Source: the human T2T-CHM13v2.0 reference genome, Homo sapiens
Strand: one strand, 5' to 3'
Assembly: GCF_009914755.1 (NCBI RefSeq)
Contig: NC_060929.1
DNA length: 64,000 nt
Part shown: in pieces, positions 38,293 to 50,574 of the stretch
Numbering within the stretch: position 1 is the first letter of the stretch
How the letters are laid out: the number at the start of each line of letters is the position of its first letter
Made by a program: the position numbers and the translations under genes
Notes under the pieces: generated by a model
Told to the model about the DNA's origin: nothing
The model's database searches: none
Seen by the model: the letters and a program-made list of their open reading frames with translations, nothing else

Positions 38293-40681
38293 CATTTTCA
38301 GAAACTGCCTTGTGATGTGTGCATTCAACTCACAGAGTTGAACCTTCCTTTTGAGAGAGAAGTTTTGAAACAGTCTTTTTGTAGTATTTGCAAGTGGATA
38401 TTTGGAGCGATTTGTGGAGTATGGTGGAAAATGAAATACCTTCACATACAAAGTAGACAGAAGCATTCTCAGAAACTGCTTTGTGATGTGTGCATTTAAG
38501 TCACAGACTTGAAACTTCCTTTAGGTAGAGCAGTGTTGAAACACACTTTTTGTATAATCTACAAGTGTTCTTTGGAGTGCTTTGTTGCCTATGTTGGAAA
38601 AAGAAATATCTTCACATAAAAACTAGACAGAAGCATTCTCAGAAACTCCTTTGTGATGGGTTTGTTCAATTCACATTGTTGAACCTTTCTTTTGATACAG
38701 CAGGGTTGAAACAAACATTTTGTAGAATCTGCAAGTGTTCATTTCAAATGCTTTGTGGCCTATGTTGGAAAAAGTGATATCTTCACCTAAAAAATAGACA
38801 GAAGCATTCTCAGGAACTGCTTTGTAATATGTGCATTCAACTCACAGAGTTGAACCTTCCTTTTGAGAGAGCGGTTTTGAAACAGTCTTTTTGTAGTATC
38901 TGCAAGTGGATATTTGGAGCGATTTGAGGTCTAAGAAGGAAAAGGAAGTACCTTCAAATAAAAACTAGACAGAAGCTTTCTCAGAAACTGCTTTGTGATG
39001 TGTGCATTTAACTCAAAGTCTTGATCCTTACTTTTGTTAGAGCAGTGTTGAAACACACTTTTTGTAGAACCTGGTAGTGTTCATTTGGAGAGATTTGTTG
39101 CCTATGGTGGAAAAAGGATTATCTTCTCTTAAAAACTAGACAGAAGCATTCTTAGAAACTGCTTTGTGATGTGTGTGTTCAATTCACAGAGTTGAAACTT
39201 TCTTTGACAGAGCAGGTTTGAAACACTGCTTCTGTAGAATCTGCTTGTGGATATTGGGAGCTCCTTGAGGAATACGTTGTAAAAGGCATATCTTCACATA
39301 CAAACTAGACAGAAGCATTCTCAGAAACTGCTTTGTGATGTGTGCATTCAACTCACAGAGTTGAACCTTCCATTTGAGAGAGCAGTGTTGAAACGGTCTT
39401 TTGTAGTATCTGCAAGTGGATATTTGGAGCGATTTGAGGCCTAAGATGGAAAAGGAAATATCTTCACATACAAACTAGACAGAAGCATTCTCAGAAACTG
39501 CTTTGTGATGTGTGCATTCAACCGACAGATTTGAACTTTCCTGTTGAGAGGGAGGTTTTGAAACAGTCTTTTTGTAGTATCTGCAAGTGGATATTTGTAG
39601 TGACTTGGGGCCTCAGGTGGAAAAGGAAATACCTTCACATACAAAGTAGACAGAAGTATTCTCAGAAACTCCATTGTGATGTGTGCACTCAACTCACAGA
39701 GTTGAACCTTCCTTTTGAGAGAGCAGTTTTGAAACAGTCTTTTTGTAACGTCTGCAGGTGGATATTTGGAGCGATTCGTGTAGTATGATGGAAAAGGAAA
39801 TATATTCACATACAAACTAAACAGAAGCATTCTCAGAAACTTCTTGTGATGTGTGCATTCACCTAACAGAGTGGAACCGTTCTTTTGATAGAGCAGTTTT
39901 GAATCAGTCTTTTGGTAGGACCTGCAAGTTTTCATTTGGAGCGCTTTGAAGCCCATGGTGGAAAAGGGACTATCATCTTCACAAAAAACTAGGCAGAAGC
40001 CTTCTCTGGAACTTCATTGAGATGTGTGCATTCAACTAACAGAGTTGAAACTGTCTTTTGACAGAGGAGGAATGAAACACTCCTTTTGTAGTATCTGATT
40101 GTGTATATTTGGAACTCTTTGAGTTATTCGTTGGAAACGGGTATCTTCACATAAAAAGTAGACCCAAGCATTCTCAGAAGGTTCTTTGTGATGTGTGCGT
40201 TCAACTCACAGACTTGAAACTTTCCTTTGATAGAGCAGTGTTGAAACACACTTTTTGTAGAATCCACAAGTATTCGTTTGGAGCGCTTTGTTGCCTATGT
40301 GGGAAAAAGGAATATCTTCACTTAAAAACTAGACAGAAGCATTCTCTGAAACTCCTCTGTGAAGTGTGTGTTCAATTCACATCGTTGAACATTTCTTTTG
40401 ATAGAGCAGTGTTGAAACATACTTTTTGTAGAATCTGCAAGTGTCCATTTCGAGTTCTTTTGTGCGTATGTTGGAAAAAGTGATATCTTCACCTGAAAAA
40501 TAGACAGAAGCATTCCATAAACTGCTTTGTAACATGTGCATTCAACTCACAGTGTTGAACCTTCCTTTTGAGAGAGCGGTTTTGAAACAGTCTTTTTGAA
40601 GTATCTGCAAGTGGATATTTGCAGTGATTTGAGGCCGAAGGAGGAAAAGGAAATACCTTGAAATAAAAAACTAGACGGAAG
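38293..40681 (+). repeat. 14-mer HOR variant, type B (2389 bp; hybrid m7/m8 monomer, +ATC in m11, -1 bp)
   Basis: Spacing 38317->40706 = 2389. The monomer at 39316-39485 has the m7 5' end (CAACTC, CCATTT) and the m8 3' end (AACGGTCTTTTG, TCTGCAAGT). ACTATCATCTTC at ~39972. Confidence 0.92.
40126..40142 (+). other. CENP-B box
   Basis: ATTCGTTGGAAACGGGT, core intact. Confidence 0.92.
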
Positions 40682-42683
40682 CATTTTCAGAAACTGCCTT
40701 GTGATGTGTGCATTCAACTCACAGAGTTGAACCTTCCTTTTGAGAGAGAAGTTTTGAAACAGTCTTTTTGTAGTATTTGCAAGTGGATATTTGGAGCGAT
40801 TTGTGGAGTATGGTGGAAAATGAAATATCTTCACATACAAACTAGACAGAAGCATTCTCAGAAACTGCTTTGTGATGTGTGCATTTAAGTCACAGACTTG
40901 AAACTTCCTTTAGGTAGAGCAGTGTTGAAACACACTTTTTGTATAATCTACAAGTGTTCTTTGGAGTGCTTTGTTGCCTATGTTGGAAAAAGAAATATCT
41001 TCACATAAAAACTAGACAGAAGCATTCTCAGAAACTCCTTTGTGATGGGTGTGTTCAATTCACATTGTTGAACCTTTCTTTTGATACAGCAGTGTTGAAA
41101 CAAACATTTTGTAGAATCTGCAAGGGTTCATTTCAAATGCTTTGTGGCCTCTGTTGGAAAAAGTGATATGTTCACCTAAAAAATAGACAGAAGCATTCAC
41201 AGGAACTGCCTTGTAATATGTGCATTCAACTCACAGAGTTGAACCTTCCTTTTGAGAGAGCGATTTTGAAACAGTCTTTTTGTAGTATCTGCAAGTGGAT
41301 ATTTGGAGCGATTTGAGGTCTAAGAAGGAAAAGGAAGTACCTTCAAATGAAAACTAGACAGAAGCTTTCTCAGAAACTGCTTTGTGATGTGTGCATTTAA
41401 CTCAAAGTCTTGATCCTTACTTTTGTTAGAGCAGTGTTGAAACACACTTTTTGTAGACCCTGGTAGTGTTCATTTGGAGAGATTTGTTGCCTATGGTGGA
41501 AAAAGGATTATCTTCTCTTAAATACTAGACAGAAGCATTCTTAGAAACTGCTTTGTGATGTGTGTGTTCAATTCACAGAGTTGAAACTTTCCTTTGACAG
41601 AGCAGGTTTGAAACACTGCTTCTGTAGAATCTGCTTGTGGATATTGGGAGCTCCTTGAGGAATACGTTGTAAAAGGCATATCTTCACATTCAAACTAGAC
41701 AGAAGCATTCTCAGAAACTGCTTTGTGATGTGTGCATTCAACTCACAGAGTTGAACCTTCCATTTGAGAGAGCAGTGTTGAAACAGTCTTTTTGTAGTAT
41801 CTTCAAGTGGATATTTGGAGCGATTTGAGGCCTATGATGGAAAAGGAAATATCTTCACATACAAACTAGACAGAAGCATTCTCAGAAACTACTTCCAGAT
41901 GTGTGCATTCAACCCACAGAGTTGAACCTTCCTTTTGAGAGAGCAGTGTTGAAACGGTCTTTTGTAGTATCTGCAAGTGGATATTTGGAGCGATTTGAGG
42001 CCTATGATGGAAAAGGAAATATCTTCACATACAAACTAGACAGAAGCATTCTCAGAAACTGCTTTGTGATGTGTGCATTCAACCGACAGATTTGAACTTT
42101 CCTTTTGAGAGGGAGGTTTTGAAACAGTCTTTTTGTAGTATCTGCAAGTGGATATTTGTAGTGACTTGGGACCTCAGGTGGAAAAGGAAATACCTTCACA
42201 TACAAAGTAGACAGAAGTATTCTCAGAAACTCCATTGTGATGTGTGCACTCAACTCACAGAGTTGAACCTTCCTTTTGAGAGAGCAGTTTTGAAACAGTC
42301 TTTTTGTAACGTCTGCATGTGGATATTTGGAGCGATTCGAGTAGTATGATGGAAAAGGAAATATCTTCACATACAAACTAAACAGAAGCATTCTCAGAAA
42401 CTTCTTGTGATGTGTGCATTCACCTAACAGAGTGGAACCGTTCTTTTGATAGAGCAGTTTTGAATCAGTCTTTTGGTAGGACCTGCAAGTTTTCATTTGG
42501 AGCGCTTTGAAGCCCATGTTGGAAAAGGGACTATCTTCACAAAAAACTAGGCAGAAGCCTTCTCAGGAACTTCATTGAGATGTGTGCATTCAACTAACAG
42601 AGTTGAAACTGTCTTTTGACAGAGGAGGAATGAAACACTCCTTTTGTAGTATCTGATTGTGTATATTTGGAACTCTTTGAGTT

Positions 42684-42700
42684 ATTCGTTGGAAACGGGT
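42684..42700 (+). other. CENP-B box
   Basis: ATTCGTTGGAAACGGGT, core intact. Confidence 0.92.
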
Positions 42701-45240
42701 ATCTTCACATAAAAAGTAGACCCAAGCATTCTCAGAAGGTTCTTTGTGATGTGTGCGTTCAACTCACAGACTTGAAACTTTCTTTTGATAGAGCAGTGTT
42801 GAAACACACTTTTTGTAGAATCCACAAGTATTCGTTTGGAGCGCTTTGTTGCCTATGTGGGAAAAAGGAATATCTTCACTTAAAAACTAGACAGAAGCAT
42901 TCTCTGAAACTCCTCTGTGAAGTGTGTGTTCAATTCACATCGTTGAACCTTTCTTTTGATAGAGCAGTGTTGAAACATACTTTTTGTAGAATCTGCAAGT
43001 GTCCATTTCGAGTTCTTTTGTGCGTATGTTGGAAAAAGTGATATCTTCACCTGAAAAATAGACAGAAGCATTCCAGAAACTGCTTTGTAACATGTGCATT
43101 CAACTCACAGTGTTGAACCTTCCTTTTGAGAGAGCGGTTTTGAAACAGTCTTTTTGTAGTATCTGCAAGTGGATATTTGCAGTGATTTGAGGCCGAAGAA
43201 GGAAAAGGAAATACCTTCAAATAAAAAACTAGACGGAAGCATTTTCAGAAACTGCCTTGTGATGTGTGCATTCAACTCACAGAGTTGAACCTTCCTTTTG
43301 AGAGAGAAGTTTTGAAACAGTCTTTTTGTAGTATTTGCAAGTGGATATTTGGAGCGATTTGTGGAGTATGGTGGAAAATGAAATACCTTCACATACAAAG
43401 TAGACAGAAGCATTCTCAGAAACTGCTTTGTGATGTGTGCATTTAAGTCACAGACTTGAAACTTCCTTTAGGTAGAGCAGTGTTGAAACACACTTTTTGT
43501 ATAATCTACAAGTGTTCTTTGGAGTGCTTTGTTGCCTATGTTGGAAAAAGAAATATCTTCACATAAAAACTAGACAGAAGCATTCTCAGAAACTCCTTTG
43601 TGATGGGTTTGTTCAATTCACATTGTTGAACCTTTCTTTTGATACAGCAGGGTTGAAACAAACATTTTGTAGAATCTGCAAGTGTTCATTTCAAATGCTT
43701 TGTGGCCTATGTTGGAAAAAGTGATATGTTCACCTAAGAAATAGACAGAAGCATTCTCAGGAACTGCTTTGTAATATGTGCATTCAACTCACAGAGTTGA
43801 ACCTTCCTTTTGAGAGAGCGGTTTTGAAACAGTCTTTTTGTAGTATCTGCAAGTGGATATTTGGAGCGATTTGAGGTCTAACAAGGAAAAGGAAGTACCT
43901 TTAAATAAAAACTAGACAGAAGCTTTCTCAGAAACTGCTTTGTGATGTGTGCATTTAACTCAAAGTCTTGATCCTTACTTTTGTTAGAGCAGTGTTGAAA
44001 CACATTTTTGTAGAACCTGGTAGTGTTCATTTGGAGAGATTTGTTGCCTATGGTGGAAAAAGGATTATCTTCTCTTAAAAACTAGACAGAAGCATTCTTA
44101 GAAACTGCTTTGTGATGTGTGTGTTCAATTCACAGAGTTGAAACTTTCCTTTGACAGAGCAGGTTTGAAACACTGCTTCTGTAGAATCTGCTTGTGGATA
44201 TTGGGAGCTCCTTGAGGAATACGTTGTAAAAGGCATATCTTCACATTCAAACTAGACAGAAGCATTCTCAGAAACTGCTTTGTGATGTGTGCATTCAACT
44301 CACAGAGTTGAACCTTCCATTTGAGAGAGCAGTGTTGAAACAGTCTTTTTGTAGTATCTTCAAGTGGATATTTGGAGCGATTTGAGGCCTATGATGGAAA
44401 AGGAAATATCTTCACATACAAACTAGACAGAAGCATTCTCAGAAACTACTTCCAGATGTGTGCATTCAACCCACAGAGTTGAACCTTCCTTTTGAGAGAG
44501 CAGTGTTGAAACGGTCTTTTGAAGTATCTGCAAGTGGATATTTGGAGCGATTTGAGGCCTATGATGGAAAAGGAAATATCTTCACATACAAACTAGACAG
44601 AAGCATTCTCAGAAACTGCTTTGTGATGTGTGCATTCAACCGACAGATTTGAACTTTCCTTTTGAGAGGGAGGTTTTGAAACAGTCTTTTTGTAGTATCT
44701 GCAAGTGGATATTTGTAGTGACTTGGGACCTCAGGTGGAAAAGGAAATACCTTCACATACAAAGTAGACAGAAGTATTCTCAGAAACTCCATTGTGATGT
44801 GTGCACTCAACTCACAGAGTTGAACCTTCCTTTTGAGAGAGCAGTTTTGAAACAGTCTTTTTGTAACGTCTGCAGGTGGATATTTGGAGCGATTCGAGTA
44901 GTATGATGGAAAAGGAAATATCTTCACATACAAACTAAACAGAAGCATTCTCAGAAACTTCTTGTGATGTGTGCATTCACCTAACAGAGTGGAACCGTTC
45001 TTTTGATAGAGCAGTTTTGAATCAGTCTTTTGGTAGGACCTGCAAGTTTTCATTTGGAGCGCTTTGAAGCCCATGGTGGAAAAGGGACTATCTTCACAAA
45101 AAACTAGGCAGAAGCCTTCTCAGGAACTTCATTGAGATGTGTGCATTCAACTAACAGAGTTGAAACTGTCTTTTGACAGAGGAGGAATGAAACACTCCTT
45201 TTGTAGTATCTGATTGTGTATATTTGGAACTCTTTGAGTT

Positions 45241-45257
45241 ATTCGTTGGAAACGGGT
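45241..45257 (+). other. CENP-B box
   Basis: ATTCGTTGGAAACGGGT, core intact. Confidence 0.92.
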
Positions 45258-47629
45258 ATCTTCACATAAAAAGTAGACCCAAGCATTCTCAGAAGGTTCT
45301 TTGTGATGTGTGCGTTGAACTCACAAACTTGAAACTTTCTTTTGATAGAGCAGTGTTGAAACACACTTTTTGTAGAATCCACAAGTATTCATTTGGAGCG
45401 CTTTGTTGCCTATGTGGGAAAAAGGAATATCTTCACTTAAAAACTAGACAGAAGCATTCTCTGAAACTCCTCTGTGAAGTGTGTGTTCAATTCACATCGT
45501 TGAACCTTTCTTTTGATAGAGCAGTGTTGAAACATACTTTTTGTAGAATCTGCAAGTGTCCATTTCGAGTTCTTTTGTGCGTATGTTGGAAAAAGTGATA
45601 TCTTCACCTGAAAAATAGACAGAAGCATTCCAGAAACTGCTTTGTAACATGTGCATTCAACTCACAGTGTTGAACCTTCCTTTTGAGAGAGCGGTTTTGA
45701 AACAGTCTTTTTGTAGTATCTGCAAGTGGATATTTGCAGTGATTTGAGGCCGAAGAAGGAAAAGGAAATACCTTCAAATAAAAAACTAGACGGAAGCATT
45801 TTCAGAAACTGCCTTGTGATGTGTGCATTCAACTCACAGAGTTGAACCTTCCTTTTGAGAGAGAAGTTTTGAAACAGTCTTTTTGTAGTATTTGCAAGTG
45901 GATATTTGGAGCGATTTGTGGAGTATGGTGGAAAATGAAATACCTTCACATACAAAGTAGACAGAAGCATTCTCAGAAACTGCTTTGTGATGTGTGCATT
46001 TAAGTCACAGACTTGAAACTTCCTTTAGGTAGAGCAGTGTTGAAACACACTTTTTGTATAATCTACAAGTGTTCTTTGGAGTGCTTTGTTGCCTATGTTG
46101 GAAAAAGAAATATCTTCACATAAAAACTAGACAGAAGCATTCTCAGAAACTCCTTTGTGATGGGTTTGTTCAATTCACATTGTTGAACCTTTCTTTTGAT
46201 ACAGCAGGGTTGAAACAAACATTTTGTAGAATCTGCAAGTGTTCATTTCAAATGCTTTGTGGCCTATGTTGGAAAAAGTGATATGTTCACCTAAGAAATA
46301 GACAGAAGCATTCTCAGGAACTGCTTTGTAATATGTGCATTCAACTCACAGAGTTGAACCTTCCTTTTGAGAGAGCGGTTTTGAAACAGTCTTTTTGTAG
46401 TATCTGCAAGTGGATATTTGGAGCGATTTGAGGTCTAACAAGGAAAAGGAAGTACCTTTAAATAAAAACTAGACAGAAGCTTTCTCAGAAACTGCTTTGT
46501 GATGTGTGCATTTAACTCAAAGTCTTGATCCTTACTTTTGTTAGAGCAGTGTTGAAACACATTTTTGTAGAACCTGGTAGTGTTCATTTGGAGAGATTTG
46601 TTGCCTATGGTGGAAAAAGGATTATCTTCTCTTAAAAACTAGACAGAAGCATTCTTAGAAACTGCTTTGTGATGTGTGTGTTCAATTCACAGAGTTGAAA
46701 CTTTCCTTTGACAGAGCAGGTTTGAAACACTGCTTCTGTAGAATCTGCTTGTGGATATTGGGAGCTCCTTGAGGAATACGTTGTAAAAGGCATATCTTCA
46801 CATACAAACTAGACAGAAGCATTCTCAGAAACTGCTTTGTGATGTGTGCATTCAACTCACAGAGTTGAACCTTCCATTTGAGAGAGCAGTGTTGAAACGG
46901 TCTTTTGTAGTATCTGCAAGTGGATATTTGGAGCGATTTGAGGCCTATGATGGAAAAGGAAATATCTTCACATACAAACTAGACAGAAGCATTCTCAGAA
47001 ACTGCTTTGTGATGTGTGCATTTAACCGACAGATTTGAACTTTCCTGTTGAGAGGGAGGTTTTGAAACAGTCTTTTTGTAGTATCTGCAAGTGGATATTT
47101 GTAGTGACTTGAGGCCTTAGGTGGAAAAGGAAATACCTTCATATACAAAGTAGACAGAAGTATTCTCAGAAACTCCATTGTGATGTGTGCACTCAACTCA
47201 CAGAGTTGAACCTTCCTTTTGAGAGAGCAGTTTTGAAACAGTCTTTTTGTAACGTCTGCAGGTGGATATTTGGAGCGATTCGTGTAGTATGATGGAAAAG
47301 GAAATATCTTCACATACAAACTAAACAGAAGCATTCTCAGAAACTTCTTGTGATGTGTGCATTCACCTAACAGAGTGGAACCGTTCTTTTGATAGAGCAG
47401 TTTTGAATCAGTCTTTTGGTAGGACCTGCAAGTTTTCATTTGGAGCGCTTTGAAGCCCATGGTGGAAAAGGGACTATCATCTTCACAAAAAACTAGGCAG
47501 AAGCCTTCTCAGGAACTTCATTGAGATGTGTGCATTCAACTAACAGAGTTGAAACTGTCTTTTGACAGAGGAGGAATGAAACACTCCTTTTGTACTATCT
47601 GATTGTGTATATTTGGAACTCTTTGAGTT

Positions 47630-47646
47630 ATTCGTTGGAAACGGGT
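47630..47646 (+). other. CENP-B box
   Basis: ATTCGTTGGAAACGGGT, core intact. Confidence 0.92.
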
Positions 47647-50018
47647 ATCTTCACATAAAAAGTAGACCCAAGCATTCTCAGAAGGTTCTTTGTGATGTGT
47701 GCGTTCAACTCACAGACTTGAAACTTTCTTTTGATAGAGCAGTGTTGAAACACACTTTTTGTAGAATCCACAAGTATTCGTTTGGAGCGCTTTGTTGCCT
47801 ATGTGGGAAAAAGGAATATCTTCACTTAAAAACTAGACAGAAGCATTCTCTGAAACTCCTCTGTGAAGTGTGTGTTCAATTCACATCGTTGAACCTTTCT
47901 TTTGATAGAGCAGTGTTGAAACATACTTTTTGTAGAATCTGCAAGTGTCCATTTCGAGTTCTTTTGTGTGTATGTTGGAAAAAGTGATATCTTCACCTGA
48001 AAAATAGACAGAAGCATTCCAGAAACTGCTTTGTAACATGTGCATTCAACTCACAGTGTTGAACCTTCCTTTTGAGAGAGCGGTTTTGAAACAGTCTTTT
48101 TGTAGTATCTGCAAGTGGATATTTGCAGTGATTTGAGGCCGAAGAAGGAAAAGGAAATACCTTCAAATAAAAAACTAGACGGAAGCATTTTCAGAAACTG
48201 CCTTGTGATGTGTGCATTCAACTCACAGAGTTGAACCTTCCTTTTGAGAGAGAAGTTTTGAAACAGTCTTTTTGTAGTATTTGCAAGTGGATATTTGGAG
48301 CGATTTGTGGAGTATGGTGGAAAATGAAATACCTTCACATACAAAGTAGACAGAAGCATTCTCAGAAACTGCTTTGTGATGTGTGCATTTAAGTCACAGA
48401 CTTGAAACTTCCTTTAGGTAGAGCAGTGTTGAAACACACTTTTTGTATAATCTACAAGTGTTCTTTGGAGTGCTTTGTTGCCTATGTTGGAAAAAGAAAT
48501 ATCTTCACATAAAAACTAGACAGAAGCATTCTCAGAAACTCCTTTGTGATGGGTTTGTTCAATTCACATTGTTGAACCTTTCTTTTGATACAGCAGGGTT
48601 GAAACAAACATTTTGTAGAATCTGCAAGTGTTCATTTCAAATGCTTTGTGGCCTATGTTGGAAAAAGTGATATGTTCACCTAAAAAATAGACAGAAGCAT
48701 TCTCAGGAACTGCTTTGTAATATGTGCATTCAACTCACAGAGTTGAACCTTCCTTTTGAGAGAGCGGTTTTGAAACAGTCTTTTTGTAGTATCTGCAAGT
48801 GGATATTTGGAGCGATTTGAGGTCTAACAAGGAAAAGGAAGTACCTTTAAATAAAAACTAGACAGAAGCTTTCTCAGAAACTGCTTTGTGATGTGTGCAT
48901 TTAACTCAAAGTCTTGATCCTTACTTTTGTTAGAGCAGTGTTGAAACACATTTTTGTAGAACCTGGTAGTGTTCATTTGGAGAGATTTGTTGCCTATGGT
49001 GGAAAAAGGATTATCTTCTCTTAAAAACTAGACAGAAGCATTCTTAGAAACTGCTTTGTGATGTGTGTGTTCAATTCACAGAGTTGAAACTTTCCTTTGA
49101 CAGAGCAGGTTTGAAACACTGCTTCTGTAGAATCTGCTTGTGGATATTGGGAGCTCCTTGAGGAATACGTTGTAAAAGGCATATCTTCACATACAAACTA
49201 GACAGAAGCATTCTCAGAAACTGCTTTGTGATGTGTGCATTCAACTCACAGAGTTGAACCTTCCATTTGAGAGAGCAGTGTTGAAACGGTCTTTTGTAGT
49301 ATCTGCAAGTGGATATTTGGAGCGATTTGAGGCCTATGATGGAAAAGGAAATATCTTCACATACAAACTAGACAGAAGCATTCTCAGAAACTGCTTTGTG
49401 ATGTGTGCATTTAACCGACAGATTTGAACTTTCCTGTTGAGAGGGAGGTTTTGAAACAGTCTTTTTGTAGTATCTGCAAGTGGATATTTGTAGTGACTTG
49501 GGGCCTCAGGTGGAAAAGGAAATACCTTCATATACAAAGTAGACAGAAGTATTCTCAGAAACTCCATTGTGATGTGTGCACTCAACTCACAGGGTTGAAC
49601 CTTCCTTTTGAGAGAGCAGTTTTGAAACAGTCTTTTTGTAACGTCTGCAGGTGGATATTTGGAGCGATTCGTGTAGTATGATGGAAAAGGAAATATCTTC
49701 ACATACAAACTAAACAGAAGCATTCTCAGAAACTTCTTGTGATGTGTGCATTCACCTAACAGAGTGGAACCGTTCTTTTGATAGAGCAGTTTTGAATCAG
49801 TCTTTTGGTAGGACCTGCAAGTTTTCATTTGGAGCGCTTTGAAGCCCATGGTGGAAAAGGGACTATCATCTTCACAAAAAACTAGGCAGAAGCCTTCTCC
49901 GGAACTTCATTGAGATGTGTGCATTCAACTAACAGAGTTGAAACTGTCTTTTGACAGAGGAGGAATGAAACACTCCTTTTGTAGTATCTGATTGTGTATA
50001 TTTGGAACTCTTTGAGTT

Positions 50019-50035
50019 ATTCGTTGGAAACGGGT
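50019..50035 (+). other. CENP-B box
   Basis: ATTCGTTGGAAACGGGT, core intact. Confidence 0.92.
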
Positions 50036-50574
50036 ATCTTCACATAAAAAGTAGACCCAAGCATTCTCAGAAGGTTCTTTGTGATGTGTGCGTTCAACTC
50101 ACAGACTTGAAACTTTCTTTTGATAGAGCAGTGTTGAAACACACTTTTTGTAGAATCCACAAGTATTCGTTTGGAGCGCTTTGTTGCCTATGTGGGAAAA
50201 AGGAATATCTTCACTTAAAAACTAGACAGAAGCATTCTCTGAAACTCCTCTGTGAAGTGTGTGTTCAATTCACATCGTTGAACCTTTCTTTTGATAGAGC
50301 AGTGTTGAAACATACTTTTTGTAGAATCTGCAAGTGTCCATTTCGAGTTCTTTTGTGCGTATGTTGGAAAAAGTGATATCTTCACCTGAAAAATAGACAG
50401 AAGCATTCCAGAAACTGCTTTGTAACATGTGCATTCAACTCACAGTGTTGAACCTTCCTTTTGAGAGAGCGGTTTTGAAACAGTCTTTTTGTAGTATCTG
50501 CAATTGGATATTTGCAGTGATTTGAGGCCGAAGAAGGAAAAGGAAATACCTTCAAATAAAAAATTAGACGGAAG

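Larger units (their letters stand above)
40682..45796 (+). repeat. Two 15-mer HOR copies of the right-hand haplotype (2558 and 2557 bp)
   Basis: Spacing 40706->43264->45821; 1-bp deletion (AAACACATTTTTG) near 44004. Confidence 0.92.
45797..50574 (+). repeat. Two type-B 14-mer HOR copies (2389 bp each)
   Basis: Spacing 45821->48210->50599; hybrid m7/m8 and ATC insertion (47476, 49865) in both. Confidence 0.92.
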
